Source: Candidatus Aminicenantia bacterium
GTDB taxonomy: Bacteria; Acidobacteriota; Aminicenantia; UBA2199
Reading direction: 5' to 3'
Assembly: GCA_041738575.1 (NCBI GenBank)
Contig: JBGSPO010000181.1
Span: 1-60,019 of the forward strand
DNA length: 60,019 nucleotides
Shown: positions 11,558-20,021 of the stretch, piece after piece
Position numbering within the stretch: position 1 is the stretch's first letter
How the letters are laid out: each line of letters opens with the position of its first letter
The notes under the pieces: model-generated
The model's database searches: none
What the model was told of the DNA's origin: nothing
Seen by the model: only the letters and a program-made list of their open reading frames with translations
Made by a program: the position numbers and the translations under genes

Positions 11558-12617
11558 GCCGAGGCCTGGGTTTTTCCTTTTTCAGGATGTCGATGACCCG
11601 CTTGACCTGCTGCAACTTGTCGATGGGTGCCACCAGGATGCCGTTCGCGGTATCGATCACCGCGACGCGCTCCAGGCCGATCACGGCCAGCGGTTTTTTT
11701 CCGCAGGAAAAGATAAGCGAATTTCGCGTGTCGATGGCGATGGCATGGCCGCGGCTCACGTTGCCCTGGGCGTCTTTTTCATTCATTTCATAGACGGAAG
11801 ACCACGAGCCGACATCATTCCAGGAGAATTGCGCCTTGAACATTTCCGCTTCCTGAAGTTTTTCCATCAGAGCATAATCGATCGATTCGGGAGTGATCGC
11901 CCTGTACGCCTGGGCGAATTGTCCGGGTTGGTCCCAGGAACGCTCGAGTTTATTGTATTGGCGGCCATAATACGGGGCGTATTTTTTTATGAATTCCTTA
12001 AAAAATGCCAATTTATAGATAAACATTCCCGAATTCCAGTAAAAATTGCCTTTTTCCAGGTATTCGGTGGCGGTTTTGTGGTCAGGTTTTTCCCTGAACT
12101 GCTTGACGGGATAGAATTGGCCCTTTTGCTTGCCTTCGATGAACTGAATATAGCCGTAGCCGGTATGGGGCTCGCTGGGCTTGATGCCGGCGGTAATGAC
12201 GCAGCGGTTCTCCGCGTGCTCGAGAGCGGCCGCCAGCTGGGCGGCGAACGCTTTTTCTTCGGTGATATAGTGGTCGGCGGGGACCACGAGCAGGTTGGCG
12301 TCGGGGTCCAGGCGCGAGAGGCGGATATTGGCCTGGATCAGGGCCGGGGCAGTGTTGCGCGGCGCGGGCTCGGCAATGAAATTGCGGCGCGAAAACCCAG
12401 GCAGGCACTCGCGCACGGCCGGCATGTATTTGCGGTCGGCGATGACGAAGATGTTGGACGCCGGGATGAATTTGCGCAGGCGGCGGTAGGTCTGGGTGAT
12501 CAGCGGCTGCTTGCCGACGACCGCCAGGAACTGCTTGGGTTTTTCGGCCGTGCTCCAGGGCCAGAAGCGCGTCCCCTGCCCGCCGGCCATGATCAGGGCG
12601 AAATGATTGCTTTTCAT
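11526..12617 (-). CDS. mannose-1-phosphate guanylyltransferase family (nucleotidyltransferase only, no PMI/cupin domain)
   Basis: N-terminus ALIMAGGQGTRFWPWS plus VADRKY...LVVPADHYI, typical of the ManC/CpsB N-terminal domain. 363 aa. Confidence 0.8.
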   Translation of the reverse strand: MKSNHFALIMAGGQGTRFWPWSTAEKPKQFLAVVGKQPLITQTYRRLRKFIPASNIFVIADRKYMPAVRECLPGFSRRNFIAEPAPRNTAPALIQANIRLSRLDPDANLLVVPADHYITEEKAFAAQLAAALEHAENRCVITAGIKPSEPHTGYGYIQFIEGKQKGQFYPVKQFREKPDHKTATEYLEKGNFYWNSGMFIYKLAFFKEFIKKYAPYYGRQYNKLERSWDQPGQFAQAYRAITPESIDYALMEKLQEAEMFKAQFSWNDVGSWSSVYEMNEKDAQGNVSRGHAIAIDTRNSLIFSCGKKPLAVIGLERVAVIDTANGILVAPIDKLQQVKRVIDILKKEKPRPRLKRKGKTAAE

Positions 12618-12775
12618 GCTGCTAAATTAGCACACCTCGGCCAGGGAAACAATTGGCGGCCCATTGCATTTTTTTTGGGGATCTTTCACAATCATTCCAT
12701 ATGAAAAGCCGATTTCCCTGTGATTTTGCTCCAGCAGGGGAAAGGCGGGTCAAAAAATTCCGAGGAGGGGAGACC

Positions 12776-13945
12776 ATGAAAAAGTCCAGCGTCCTTTTTT
12801 TCACTGTTTTTTTCCTGCTTTCAGCCATGAGCCCAGCCGTGAACAAGGGCCCCAAGGAGACATTGTTCGCCAGGGTGACCCTTCACGTCAGCTGGGACAA
12901 GCACAACGAGAATTCGGGAGAGATCAGAACCGGGACCATGAACCTGTCCATGGGGGGAATCCTCAAGCTCAACCGTGAATTTTCGGGAAAGGTTGACAAG
13001 GGACGGTTCTCCCCAATCCTGTCCTACGCCCAGCAGAACGCGACCTGCAATTACAATTATCACGAGGACTGGAGCATCGTCCGCCCGGATAACCCGCCCA
13101 GATGCCCCAATCCACAGAGGAGCCTGTACAAGACGGGCTTGGTATCCGGCGATTCGGGCGGCGCGCCCATGAACTTGGTCATCCATTACCACAAAGGCCT
13201 GGCCGGGGGGCCGATCATGCCAGCATCCGAACTCTCCGATATGCTTATTGATTATTACGAGTTCGAGGTCATGGTGCCGGTCCAGAAAACCGAGGGGAAA
13301 TCAAAGGCGCTCGACTCAAAAACCCGCCAGTGCAAGGAGATCGATCAATCCGCCCATCTTTTCGACGGCCAGATCGAGATCTTCTACAAGATCGGCCCGG
13401 GTGGCAAGCTGTCCGGGGCAAAATCCTGGTCTTCCCAGAGCATGTCCAACTCGTTCTCGGTCAAGGTCTCGGACCTCCCCGACACATTTAAAAGGAAGCC
13501 CGCCGTGCCCAAGCCGGGCGGCAAGAACGATGTGCACTACTCCCTGACCTGGGACCTGGACTCCGCACCCGTCGCCCAGATCGAGCGCGAAGTGGGCGGC
13601 CATTGGTACGACATCACCGGCCTCGATCAAAAGGTGCTGCCCACCGAAGAGATCAGTTTGAGAGGCCTCGTGGCCCCCCGATCCCTGGACACGGCCGCGG
13701 CCAAGTGGGAAATCAGCAATTGGAGCCAGGTCGGGCCGGCCAAAGGATTCAAAGAGGAAATTCCGATCGCCCTGACTCCAAAAGACCTGGGGAAAAAGCA
13801 ACTGGCAATCATGTTTTGCGGAGTAGGTGAAACCGAGATCACCTATACGACAAAGGCCGGGGCACAGGAAGTCTCGGCCAAGGTGAAATTCAAGATCATC
13901 GAGCGGCCAAGTAGCGGAAAGAATCCGCCGAAAGAAACAGAGTAA
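12776..13945 (+). CDS. hypothetical secreted protein
   Basis: Signal peptide MKKSSVLFFTVFFLLSAMSPAV after a GGAGGGG RBS. 389 aa, no recognisable domain. Confidence 0.55.
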   Translation: MKKSSVLFFTVFFLLSAMSPAVNKGPKETLFARVTLHVSWDKHNENSGEIRTGTMNLSMGGILKLNREFSGKVDKGRFSPILSYAQQNATCNYNYHEDWSIVRPDNPPRCPNPQRSLYKTGLVSGDSGGAPMNLVIHYHKGLAGGPIMPASELSDMLIDYYEFEVMVPVQKTEGKSKALDSKTRQCKEIDQSAHLFDGQIEIFYKIGPGGKLSGAKSWSSQSMSNSFSVKVSDLPDTFKRKPAVPKPGGKNDVHYSLTWDLDSAPVAQIEREVGGHWYDITGLDQKVLPTEEISLRGLVAPRSLDTAAAKWEISNWSQVGPAKGFKEEIPIALTPKDLGKKQLAIMFCGVGETEITYTTKAGAQEVSAKVKFKIIERPSSGKNPPKETE

Positions 13946-14081
13946 GAGGGGTTTTCGGGAATCAATCAACTGAGGCGTCCGGACTTTCCTTGCATGGCTT
14001 GAATTGATAAGATGAATATCGGCGAAGCCGTTGCGCGCCACAGGCACGTTGAGCCAAGCCAATGGCCGTCTGGGAGGAAGA

Positions 14082-14444
14082 ATGATCAAAAAGATAGGCA
14101 AGCCGACCGTTGTTGAGGCGGCGGGCAACAAGAAGAAGATCATCGAGGAATACTTCGGCCTGGTGAATTCGCATGATGCCCGGGCCAGCATTGCCGTGAT
14201 GCATAGCCCCTCGGGCTGGGTCGAGCCCGGACAAAATCCGGAATTCGACGAATACACCGTGGTCCTGAAAGGAATGCTGCAGGTGGAGACTCGTGACGGC
14301 AAGCAGGATGTGCGCGCCGGCGAAGCGATCATGGTCTCCGGCGGCGAGTGGGTGCGCTACAGCACCCCCGGGCCCGAGGGCGCCGAGTACGTCGCCGTCT
14401 GCCTGCCCGCGTTTTCTCCGCGGACCGTGCACCGGGACGAATAA
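14082..14444 (+). CDS. small cupin-domain protein
   Basis: 120 aa. Beta-barrel pattern GWVEPGQNPEFDEYTVVLKGMLQVE...GEAIMVSGGEWVRY. GGGAGG RBS before the ATG at 14082. Confidence 0.6.
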   Translation: MIKKIGKPTVVEAAGNKKKIIEEYFGLVNSHDARASIAVMHSPSGWVEPGQNPEFDEYTVVLKGMLQVETRDGKQDVRAGEAIMVSGGEWVRYSTPGPEGAEYVAVCLPAFSPRTVHRDE

Positions 14445-14458
14445 GGCGGGGTCCGGGA

Positions 14459-15256
14459 CTAAGAAAAATATTTCCCGATCTCTTTCAGAAGCACCGGGTA
14501 GAGCATTGGATTGGCGGCCAGCACTGTACTTGAGCGCAAGGGGAGTTCCCGCCCGGAAAAATCGCCGGTCAAGCCTCCGGCCTCGGTCAGCAACAGCTTG
14601 CCGGCCATGAAATCCCATGGCAGCAGGTGGGCTTCCCAAAAGAAATCGTAGCGGCCGCAGGCCGTGTAGGCCAGGTCCAGCGCCGCCGAGCCGCAGCGGC
14701 GCATGTCCTTGCACTTGGACAGCAGGCTCTTGAAAGCCGCGGCATACGCGGCCGCCTGTCCGGGAGCCTTGAAGGGAAACCCGGTGGCGCCCAAAGCCGA
14801 ATCCAGCCCTGTCGTCCCGCTGACCGCGATCGGCCGGCCGTTAAGGAATGCGCCCTGTCCCAGGACGGCATGAAAGCGATCCCCGGAAAGCGGCTCGTAT
14901 ATCAGGCCGAAAACCAGCCGATCATTTTCCAGCAGCGCCAGCGAGACGGCGAAATGGGGAATACCATGAATGAAGTTGGTCGTGCCGTCCAGCGGGTCTA
15001 TTACCCACAGGTAGTCGCCGCCGGCCGCGGAATAGCCACCTTCCTCGGCCAGGATGCGGTGGCCGGGAAATTCCTTCTGGATGATCCCGGTGATGGCCGC
15101 CTCGGCCTCGCAGTCGACGCGGGTAACGAAGTCGTTTTTCCCCTTGCTTTCGATGTCGCCGGCTTCCAGGTTGCGGAACCCGCTGCGGATCACGTCGCCC
15201 GCTTTTTGCGCCGCCCGCGCGGCGGTCCGCAGGTACTGCTCGTTCTTTGTTTTCAT
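14459..15256 (-). CDS. inositol monophosphatase family protein (SuhB-like)
   Basis: Motifs ILAEEGG, WVIDPLDGTTNFIHG and GSAALDLAYTACGRYD. The ATG at 15256 gives a typical N-terminus; the track ORF begins at an upstream TTG. Confidence 0.85.
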   Translation of the reverse strand: MKTKNEQYLRTAARAAQKAGDVIRSGFRNLEAGDIESKGKNDFVTRVDCEAEAAITGIIQKEFPGHRILAEEGGYSAAGGDYLWVIDPLDGTTNFIHGIPHFAVSLALLENDRLVFGLIYEPLSGDRFHAVLGQGAFLNGRPIAVSGTTGLDSALGATGFPFKAPGQAAAYAAAFKSLLSKCKDMRRCGSAALDLAYTACGRYDFFWEAHLLPWDFMAGKLLLTEAGGLTGDFSGRELPLRSSTVLAANPMLYPVLLKEIGKYFS

Positions 15257-15348
15257 CCCGGCAACCAATCTAGCAGACCCGCGGCCTGATTTCAAATCCG
15301 GCTAGCCGCTCCGGTTGCAAACCTCATGGGTTGTAATATAATACCCTC

Positions 15349-16530
15349 ATGCCCAGGAAGATCGCCATCGTCGTGCAGCGCTACGGTCTGGAGATCAATG
15401 GCGGGGCCGAGTATCACGCCCGCCTGATCGCCGAAAAACTGAGCCGGCATTTCGCCGTCGAGGTTTTTACTACCACCGCCAGCGATTACGTCACCTGGGC
15501 CCACCACTACCCGGCCGGGCGGCAGGAGCTGAACGGCATCCCGGTCACCCGCTTCCGCGTGCAAAAACCCCGCGATCCCGAGGTCTTCGGGAGGCTGCAG
15601 CGGCATATCTTCCAGGATGAGCATACCCTGGCCGAAGAGTTTCTCTGGCTGGAGGAGGAGGGGCCGCTGGTCCCGGAACTGCTTCACGAGCTCGAGCGCC
15701 GGGAAAAGGAATTCGCCTATTTCATATTTTTCTCGTACCGCTATTACCACTCCTTTCACGGGGTGAAAAAATTCGCTCGCAACGCCATCCTCGTTCCCAC
15801 GGCCGAGCACGATCCGGTGATCTACCTCAGCCTGTTCCAGGATTTCTTCAACCTGCCGGCGGCCATGGTTTACAATTCGCCCGAGGAAAGGGACCTGATC
15901 CACCGGGTTTCCGGCAACCAGGCCGTGCCCGGAGAAGTGGTCGGCGTCGGCTCGGAGATCCCCGAGAGCTTCGACCCGCAGGGGACGCTGGAGCGGCTGG
16001 CGATCGCGGGCAAGTACTTCGTCTACATCGGCCGCCTGGACGAGAACAAGGGGGTCCCGGAATTGTTCGCTTTCTTTCTCCGGCTGAAGGCCGAGGAAGG
16101 CATCGGCCTGAAGCTGGTCCTGGTAGGCAAGGCCTATGTCCCGGTACCGGAAGACCCGGACATCATCCACGTCGGCTTTCAGGAGAACAAGGAAAAATTC
16201 GACCTGCTCCAGGGCGCGGAATTCCTGGTCATGCCGTCGCAATTCGAGTCCCTCTCCATGGTCGTGCTGGAAGCCTGGGCGATCGGCAAGCCGGTCCTGG
16301 CCAACGGCCGCACCGAGGTGCTGCGCGGCCAGTGCCGGCGCAGCCAGGCGGGCCTGTGGTATTCCGACTACGCGGAATTCCGCGAAACATTCCTGGCCTT
16401 GAGCCGCGATCCCGGTCTGCGCGCCCGGCTGGGCGGCAACGGGGAAAAATTCTTCCGGGAAAACTATTCCTGGGAGGTCATCGAGGCCAAGTACCTTGAG
16501 ATCGTCTCCAACCTGGACAAAAGGCCGTGA
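15349..16530 (+). CDS. glycosyltransferase family 1 (GT4-like)
   Basis: C-terminal EFLVMPSQFESLSMVVLEAWAIGKPVLANG (E-x7-E type GT1 signature). 393 aa. Confidence 0.8.
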   Translation: MPRKIAIVVQRYGLEINGGAEYHARLIAEKLSRHFAVEVFTTTASDYVTWAHHYPAGRQELNGIPVTRFRVQKPRDPEVFGRLQRHIFQDEHTLAEEFLWLEEEGPLVPELLHELERREKEFAYFIFFSYRYYHSFHGVKKFARNAILVPTAEHDPVIYLSLFQDFFNLPAAMVYNSPEERDLIHRVSGNQAVPGEVVGVGSEIPESFDPQGTLERLAIAGKYFVYIGRLDENKGVPELFAFFLRLKAEEGIGLKLVLVGKAYVPVPEDPDIIHVGFQENKEKFDLLQGAEFLVMPSQFESLSMVVLEAWAIGKPVLANGRTEVLRGQCRRSQAGLWYSDYAEFRETFLALSRDPGLRARLGGNGEKFFRENYSWEVIEAKYLEIVSNLDKRP

Positions 16531-16549
16531 GTTTCGGCCCCCGGGCCCG

Positions 16550-17917
16550 CTAGTCCTGCAGCTGGTACTTCTTGACCTTGGCCAGCAGGTTGACCCGGGA
16601 GATTCCCAGGATTTTCGCCGCCTGGCTCTTGTTCCCCCCGGTATGGGCCAGGACGTTGCGGATCTGCTCTTTTTCCATTTCGTTCAAGGTCAGCAGCGGC
16701 TTGCCCGTGACTGTTGTTTCCCGGATGCCGGCATTTTCCAGGAAATAGTGGGGCAGCGATTTCTTGTGCAGCTCGGTTCCGGACTCGATGATGATGGCGC
16801 TGTTGATGATGTTCATCAGCTCGCGGATGTTCCCCGGGTAGTCGTAGCGGTTCAGCAGGCGCATGGCCGTGTCCGCTATTTTTTCAATGTTCTTCTGGTT
16901 CTGCACGTTGTATTTATCCAAAAAATACTGGCACAGCAGCGGGATGTCCCCTTTGCGCTCGCGCAGCGGCAGCAGGTAGACCGAGCTCATGTTCAGGCGG
17001 TAGAAAAGGTCCTTGCGGAAATTCCCCTTTTTCATCTCGCTCAGCAGGTCCTTGTTGGTGGCGGCGATGATACGCACGTCCACCTTCTGGTTCTTGGTCG
17101 AACCCAGCCTGAAAAATTCCCCTTCCTGCAGGACGCGCAGCAGCTTCACCTGGATGGGCAGTGCCAGCTCGCCGATCTCGTCGAGGAACAGCGTGCCCTT
17201 GTCCGCCTCTTCCAAAAACCCTTTTTTGGCGGCGCTGGCGCCGGTGAACGCCCCCTTGTCGTGGCCGAAGAACTCGGAGGAGAAAAGCTCGTTGGCGAAC
17301 GTGCCGGCATTCACCGCGACGAAGTTCTGCTCGCGGCGCCGGCTGATGCGGTGGATGGCCTTGGCGATCAGCTCCTTGCCGGTGCCGCTTTCGCCCCAGA
17401 TCAGGATGCTGTTGTCGGGCTGCGCCATTTTTTCGACCATCTGGAACATGGCGATCATCTCGGCGTTCTGGGTGATGATGTCCTGGAAGGCTTCCTTGAA
17501 TTGCAGTTGCTCGCGGGAGAGCGTGGCTTCCGCCGCGGTCGCCCCGCGCGCCCTGCGGGTCTCCAGGACGGTGGTGATGACCTTTAAGAGCTGGTCGTTG
17601 TCCACCGGCTTGGTCAGGTAGTCGAAGGCGCCGAGTTTCATGGCCGAGACGGCCAGCTCGACGTCCTCCACCCCGGTCAGCACGATGGTTTCGATGTCCA
17701 TGCCCTTCTCCTTGATGAACCTCAGGATGTCCAGGCCGCTGACGTCGGGCATGTCCATGTCCAGGAGCAGCAGGTCGTAGTTGTTGGCCTTCAATTCATG
17801 GAAGGCCTTGGAGCTGTTGACCAGGGTGGCGATCTCGTAGGCGCCGGTCTGCAGCAGCATGATGTTCAGGTAATTTAAAACCGCTTGATCGTCGTCGATG
17901 GCCAGGATTTTTTTCAT
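16550..17917 (-). CDS. sigma54-dependent response regulator (NtrC-family bacterial enhancer-binding protein)
   Basis: REC domain (LLLDMDMPDVSG). AAA+ domain with GESGTGKELIAKAIH and the sigma54-contact GAFTGA loop. C-terminal Fis-type HTH NKSQAAKILGISRVNLLAKVKKY. The ATG overlaps the kinase stop (ATGA). Confidence 0.92.
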   Translation of the reverse strand: MKKILAIDDDQAVLNYLNIMLLQTGAYEIATLVNSSKAFHELKANNYDLLLLDMDMPDVSGLDILRFIKEKGMDIETIVLTGVEDVELAVSAMKLGAFDYLTKPVDNDQLLKVITTVLETRRARGATAAEATLSREQLQFKEAFQDIITQNAEMIAMFQMVEKMAQPDNSILIWGESGTGKELIAKAIHRISRRREQNFVAVNAGTFANELFSSEFFGHDKGAFTGASAAKKGFLEEADKGTLFLDEIGELALPIQVKLLRVLQEGEFFRLGSTKNQKVDVRIIAATNKDLLSEMKKGNFRKDLFYRLNMSSVYLLPLRERKGDIPLLCQYFLDKYNVQNQKNIEKIADTAMRLLNRYDYPGNIRELMNIINSAIIIESGTELHKKSLPHYFLENAGIRETTVTGKPLLTLNEMEKEQIRNVLAHTGGNKSQAAKILGISRVNLLAKVKKYQLQD

Positions 17918-19992
17918 GATGGTTCCTTCGGCGTTACCGGGATATGGATCGCGAACGTCGTGCCAACGCCGGGCTTGCTTTCCACGTCGATCCGCCCCTT
18001 GTGTTCCTTGATGATGCCGTAGGCAATGGAAAGGCCGAGCCCGGTGCCCCCCTGGTTGCGCTTGGTGGTGAAGAAGGGGTCGAATATCTGCTTCAGGGTC
18101 TTCTCGTCGATGCCCTTGCCGTCATCGCTGATGCGCAGCAGGTTCTCGCCCTCCTTTTCCAGGAATGCCGTGCGGATGACGATGGCGCCCATTTTCTTTT
18201 CGATCGCCTGCGAGGCGTTGATCAGGATGTTGACCACCACCTGCTCCAGGCGCTGGAAGTTGCCCCGGACCTTGGGGATGCTTCCGTCGATCTCCAGCTT
18301 GACCTTGGCCTTGCGCCCGATCTGGTTGGCCACCAGCCGCAGGCAGCTGTGGATGATCTCGTTGAGGTCCACCTCGTCGTTCAGCACTCCGTCGTCGCGC
18401 TTGGCGAACTTGCGCAGCCCCTCAACGATGGTCTTGATGCGGTTGGCCCCCTGAGCCATGTCTTCCAGCAGGATCAGGATGTTGCTGCGGAAGACGTCGT
18501 AGTTCAAGCGGGCGATCTGCAGCTTCCGGTCGTTGCGCGCATGCTCGTCCAGCAGGGGCAGGATGTCCTTCATCGCCTCCTGGATGATCGACACGTTGCC
18601 GCGGATGAAGGTGTTGGGATTGTTGATTTCGTGGGCGATGCCCGAGACCAGCTGGCCCAGCGACGCCAGCTTGTCGGTCTGCATCAGCTGCAGTTCCATG
18701 TTCTTCTGCTTGGTGATCCGGCGCGAGAACTCCAGCACGCCCTCCACCCCGCCCAGGTCGTCGAATATCGGATAGGCCTGCAGCAGGTAGTATTCATCGC
18801 CGTACTTCTCTTCCGTGGTGATGGACCTTTTCTGCTGGAACACCATGGCTCCCGGGCATTGCTCGCATGGCAGTTCCCGGTTGAATATCTTGGCGAAGCA
18901 CTTGCCGCTGTCGGCCCCTTCCTTGCGGTTGGCCATCTTGATGTTGAATTCGCGGTCGATCATGACGACCTGGTCGGTGATGGCGTCGAAGAGGGTCTGC
19001 AGCTTGTTCCTGCTTTCGTTCAGCTTTTCGGTGAGCGAAACGAGCTCGGCATTCTTTTTGACCAGCAGGTTCTTCTGGTTCTCCAGGTCGGCCGTTCTTT
19101 TTTGGATGGTTTTTTCCAGGTTCTCGTTCTGCTCGATCAGCTTCTGTTCCAGCTCCTTGCGCAGGCGGATATCCTTGTACACCTCCTCGATGCAGCGCCG
19201 GCCGTCGAAGTCGACCAGTATAAATGAGCCGATGACCGGGCACTGCTGGCCCCGGGAGTCGATGAGGCTCATCTCCATGCCCCCGAAAAATCCCTTTTCC
19301 TTGAGTTTTTTGAAGATGATGGGGCGGATGCGGGGAATGTTGGCGTACAGCTTGTCCCGGACGAAGTTCAGCTTGACCGATCCGTCCTCGGGGTAGTGGA
19401 GCATGCGATAGAAGGCGCGGTTGGCCTTGAGGATGTCGCCGTTCATCTCGGAGATGACGATCCCGTCCGGGGCGTTCTCGAAAAGGTCCTCGAAGCGCTT
19501 GGTCGATTTTTCCAGCTCCCGGGTCTTGGCCTTGACCAGGTCCTTGAGGTTGCCGACGTATTTCTTCAGCTCCAGCTGCAGCTCGTGCTTTTCCACGGCT
19601 TTGGAGATCATGCGGCCGATCTCCTTGATGAGCTTCTTCTCCTCCTCGAGAAAGGGGCTCGCTTTCACATAGCCGACCTTGACGTAGCCCCGGCTTTGGC
19701 CGTTGACCACGATGTCGGCCTGGAGGGCGGACTTGGCTGTTTCACAGGAAGCGCTCTTGGCCGGATACTGGACCTGGTCGAGGACGATGACGGCGCAGGC
19801 CTTCTCGGGATACTGGAACCCCTTGGGCAGGCTGGCGGCGGAATTTTCCAGGATCTGCCCCAGGCTTTTTCCCGATTCGATCTGGGAACTGACTTTATAA
19901 AGGCATTCCAGTTCCTTGATCCGTTCTTTGAGGTCCAGCTCCAGCTTGTGGGCGCACTCGATGCACTCTTTGCGCGGAGTCGTTTTTTTCAC
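17914..19992 (-). CDS. sensor histidine kinase with a KELxCLY N-terminal module and PAS domains
   Basis: H-box HEINNPNTFI, N-box NILINASQA, G-boxes DDGKGI and GGTGLGLSI. Two PAS-like segments. N-terminus KERIKELECLYKVSS...PKGFQYPE. GTG start preceded by AGAGGG. Confidence 0.9.
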   Translation of the reverse strand: MKKTTPRKECIECAHKLELDLKERIKELECLYKVSSQIESGKSLGQILENSAASLPKGFQYPEKACAVIVLDQVQYPAKSASCETAKSALQADIVVNGQSRGYVKVGYVKASPFLEEEKKLIKEIGRMISKAVEKHELQLELKKYVGNLKDLVKAKTRELEKSTKRFEDLFENAPDGIVISEMNGDILKANRAFYRMLHYPEDGSVKLNFVRDKLYANIPRIRPIIFKKLKEKGFFGGMEMSLIDSRGQQCPVIGSFILVDFDGRRCIEEVYKDIRLRKELEQKLIEQNENLEKTIQKRTADLENQKNLLVKKNAELVSLTEKLNESRNKLQTLFDAITDQVVMIDREFNIKMANRKEGADSGKCFAKIFNRELPCEQCPGAMVFQQKRSITTEEKYGDEYYLLQAYPIFDDLGGVEGVLEFSRRITKQKNMELQLMQTDKLASLGQLVSGIAHEINNPNTFIRGNVSIIQEAMKDILPLLDEHARNDRKLQIARLNYDVFRSNILILLEDMAQGANRIKTIVEGLRKFAKRDDGVLNDEVDLNEIIHSCLRLVANQIGRKAKVKLEIDGSIPKVRGNFQRLEQVVVNILINASQAIEKKMGAIVIRTAFLEKEGENLLRISDDGKGIDEKTLKQIFDPFFTTKRNQGGTGLGLSIAYGIIKEHKGRIDVESKPGVGTTFAIHIPVTPKEPS

Positions 19993-20021
19993 CTTGAATG
20001 CCCTCTATTTCAACGGGGGTA